A stretch of 51,032 nt of DNA, filler included, from an uncultured virus (IMG/VR IMGVR_UViG_2061766007_000659) (Duplodnaviria > Heunggongvirae > Uroviricota > Caudoviricetes). It is 2 parts of one record of this genome, joined end to end, with 100 filler letters (N's around TTAATTAATTAA, not from the genome) between each part and the next. Parts side by side here need not be neighbours in the genome. Positions count along the whole stretch, not along the records: positions 21,746 to 51,032 come from IMGVR_UViG_2061766007_000659; 1 more part is not named here. The stretch is one strand, 5' to 3'. Shown one piece after another: positions 49,276 to 51,032 of this stretch. The position numbers and the translations under genes are program-made. Each line of letters begins with the position of its first letter. Position 1 is the first letter of the stretch. The notes under the pieces were generated by a model. That model saw nothing but the letters and a program-made list of their open reading frames with translations, ran no database searches and was not told where the DNA came from.

Positions 49276-49602
49276 ATGAAGAACTATTGGAGAACAGTCG
49301 GCGGTGAAATGGAGAATGTCCTGACAGATAAGGGATACGGAGTCAATAATCTCTCTGTCGGAGACAAGGTATGGATAGCTGACATGAGTTATTTCCATCA
49401 CACAGTCACAGAGGGAATTGTCCTTAAGATCACCAAGAGAACAGCCCATATCCAGATGGTGAATGACCCCGCCAAGAATGTGTCAATCTTCTACAAGTGC
49501 AATTACAGCAAGTATCATCCAGACCACAAGTATGTGACTTATATGGACACTGATTTCGGATACAGCATTTTCAACGGGGATAGATTCCCTGTGGAAAACT
49601 GA
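49276..49602 (+). CDS. Hypothetical early protein (SH3/KOW-like pattern)
   Basis: LSVGDKVWI...GIVLKITKRTAHI. Confidence 0.6.
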   Translation: MKNYWRTVGGEMENVLTDKGYGVNNLSVGDKVWIADMSYFHHTVTEGIVLKITKRTAHIQMVNDPAKNVSIFYKCNYSKYHPDHKYVTYMDTDFGYSIFNGDRFPVEN

Positions 49603-49612
49603 AATTTCTCTA

Positions 49613-49654
49613 TTGACAAAATTTGTCAAATATGATAATATCATAATGTAAGGA
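49613..49654 (+). promoter_or_regulatory. sigma70-type early promoter with palindrome over the -35
   Basis: TTGACA-17-TAATAT; TTGACAAA-A-TTTGTCAA inverted repeat; AATGTAAGGA. Confidence 0.75.
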
Positions 49655-49662
49655 AAAAAGAT

Positions 49663-49998
49663 ATGAAGGTAGCAAAGATTTCAAAGGAAAAGAACTCAGT
49701 AGTAAGAATTACAGAGGTTCAGGAGTATTTCAATAAGAAGCCCTTTGTAGGTCCTGTAGCTGAGGAACTTGTCAAGCAGTTCAAGACAAATGGAGAAGTC
49801 TGTCTTTCTTCAAAGGAAATTAAGGAACTGGTGAAGTATGGTCACCTCACTACTTCCTCAAAGGCTCTTCAGNNNNNNNNNNNGGAAAGGGAAGCGAGTC
49901 CTATCTCAATAAGGGAATCGCTCTTGCCATTTCAGCCCTCAGACAGAGCAAGTGCCTTATTGATTGTGGAAGAAAGTACAGAATCAATGAGGAAATGA
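49663..49998 (+). CDS. Hypothetical early protein
   Basis: ORF after promoter; contains a gap, so the C-terminus is uncertain. Confidence 0.5.
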   Translation: MKVAKISKEKNSVVRITEVQEYFNKKPFVGPVAEELVKQFKTNGEVCLSSKEIKELVKYGHLTTSSKALQXXXXEREASPISIRESLLPFQPSDRASALLIVEESTESMRK

Positions 49999-50192
49999 GT
50001 TGGTATCTTACTCACGATTCAGATAAGCACTACAGAGAGATTGTCAGGAACTTTGACAGGAAGACTTTCATCAATCTTCCAGAGGAGTACTCAAAGGCTT
50101 ATCCCCCTAAGACAAGGGTTGTCCTCATCAAGAAGAGCGGTGAGAGACAGACTTCTTATGTGGATTCTGATGTTCTCAACAGAATTGCATAA
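49995..50192 (+). CDS. Hypothetical protein
   Basis: 65-aa ORF, GAGG RBS. Confidence 0.5.
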   Translation: MSWYLTHDSDKHYREIVRNFDRKTFINLPEEYSKAYPPKTRVVLIKKSGERQTSYVDSDVLNRIA

Positions 50193-50276
50193 AAAGTATT
50201 ATATTAGTATTGTCACTTGGGAATTGTGGAGCCTGTGCTCCTATCCCTTGGACGTAATTACAAGAGAGGACCTTAT

Positions 50277-50603
50277 ATGGTCAGATTCAATACAGAAATG
50301 GTTATCACCCTTCCCACAGAGAGAGAGGAAGACTACCTCATGAATGTTCACGAAGAGGTAAAGAAGTTCACAGGCAAGTTCTCGACAAAGCCTTTTACAC
50401 CCACAGTCACCTATGATGCCAAGGCCAAGAAGAACAACATCACTTTCCAGTGGAATGATGCTCAGTATCAGGGTAAAGAGACAGGTGACGAAAGAGCCCG
50501 GTACCTTCTCGGCAGAATGACTTTCTGGTTCAATCACTGCAAGTTCTTCCGCAAGCATCAGGTCTCAGAGATTATTTCTTCCTACTCAATCAAGGAGGAG
50601 TAA
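50277..50603 (+). CDS. Hypothetical protein
   Basis: GAGG RBS before MVRFNTE. Confidence 0.55.
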   Translation: MVRFNTEMVITLPTEREEDYLMNVHEEVKKFTGKFSTKPFTPTVTYDAKAKKNNITFQWNDAQYQGKETGDERARYLLGRMTFWFNHCKFFRKHQVSEIISSYSIKEE

Positions 50604-50609
50604 TCGCCT

Positions 50610-50951
50610 ATGATGATGAGCGAGACCTACCACACATTTGACAAAATGGTGGAGTTCTATACTGAGCTGTATTATACAGACCATGAACTTCCCTATATAG
50701 TTCAAGGGAGACCATCAAGTATAGAGTGCACCAACATGACCTTGATTGTGGGAAATCACTCCTACTATATAGGAGCCACCAAGGACAAGGCCACAATCTA
50801 TGAGTTGGGTATCAAGACATTTCCGAATCTTATGATAGATTTGAACGATATCAAGCTTGTGGAGTACACAAGAGAATCAATCATGATTCACTATGGTGAC
50901 CATGAACTTTATCTTGATTTGATTGATTCAAACAACAGTTCACTGAACTGA
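50610..50951 (+). CDS. Hypothetical protein
   Basis: AGGAG RBS, 113 aa, followed by a terminator. Confidence 0.6.
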   Translation: MMMSETYHTFDKMVEFYTELYYTDHELPYIVQGRPSSIECTNMTLIVGNHSYYIGATKDKATIYELGIKTFPNLMIDLNDIKLVEYTRESIMIHYGDHELYLDLIDSNNSSLN

Positions 50952-50956
50952 AAAAG

Positions 50957-50986
50957 AGGGGTCTGGAGACAGACCCCTTAATTTTT
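50957..50986 (+). terminator. Rho-independent terminator
   Basis: AGGGGTCTG-GAGA-CAGACCCCT followed by TAATTTTT. Confidence 0.75.
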
Positions 50987-51032
50987 AACTAATTTCTAAT
51001 ACAGAGGAAAATTATGACTGAACTCGATAAAT

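Noticed and set aside
1..51032. Alternative genetic code (stop-codon recoding, as in some large gut phages)
   Set aside because: Long conserved genes read uninterrupted in code 11, and TAA, TGA and TAG all occur as sensible stops (e.g. TAG at 6429 and 44291).
1..51032. Apparent frameshifts or pseudogenes in polA-C, rtcB, pncB, dnaQ-like, radical SAM and others
   Set aside because: Every frame change coincides with an N-gap, so they are best explained by inexact gap lengths rather than programmed frameshifting or decay.

Overview
This is a 51-kb fragment of a large lytic dsDNA phage (jumbo-phage-like), assembled with many N-gaps. Gap lengths are unreliable: several genes change frame across them. 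No rRNA, tRNA, CRISPR or integrase is visible, and standard code 11 reads cleanly. Replication and recombination genes are a family-A DNA polymerase split into two ORFs around a PD-(D/E)XK-like nuclease, a SNF2-type helicase, a DEDDh exonuclease and a Rad50/SbcC-type ATPase. Auxiliary genes are rtcB, pncB, a spirochaete-type glyA (suggesting a Spirochaetota host), a PPP phosphatase, an SPFH protein and a TSCPD protein. There are four radical SAM genes, probable virion and lysis genes, and many small early genes behind near-consensus sigma70 promoters. The standout is a five-gene minus-strand operon (23163-27709). It places a SPASM radical SAM maturase between two very large Cys-every-fourth-residue proteins (about 79 and 89 Cys by manual count), with a small accessory protein, resembling a RiPP-type modification system scaled up to protein size. 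Other highlights are the fractured polA with an intein-like relic and an E710Q/Y766F active site, four small proteins sharing an MKKAWKDNNMLLRE-type leader (candidate capsid-targeting signal), three MKIRNGFVSNSSSSSF proteins, a candidate non-lipoprotein spanin pair, and a recurrent ACTAAT motif that may be a late promoter. All family assignments come from motif recognition by eye; no searches were run.
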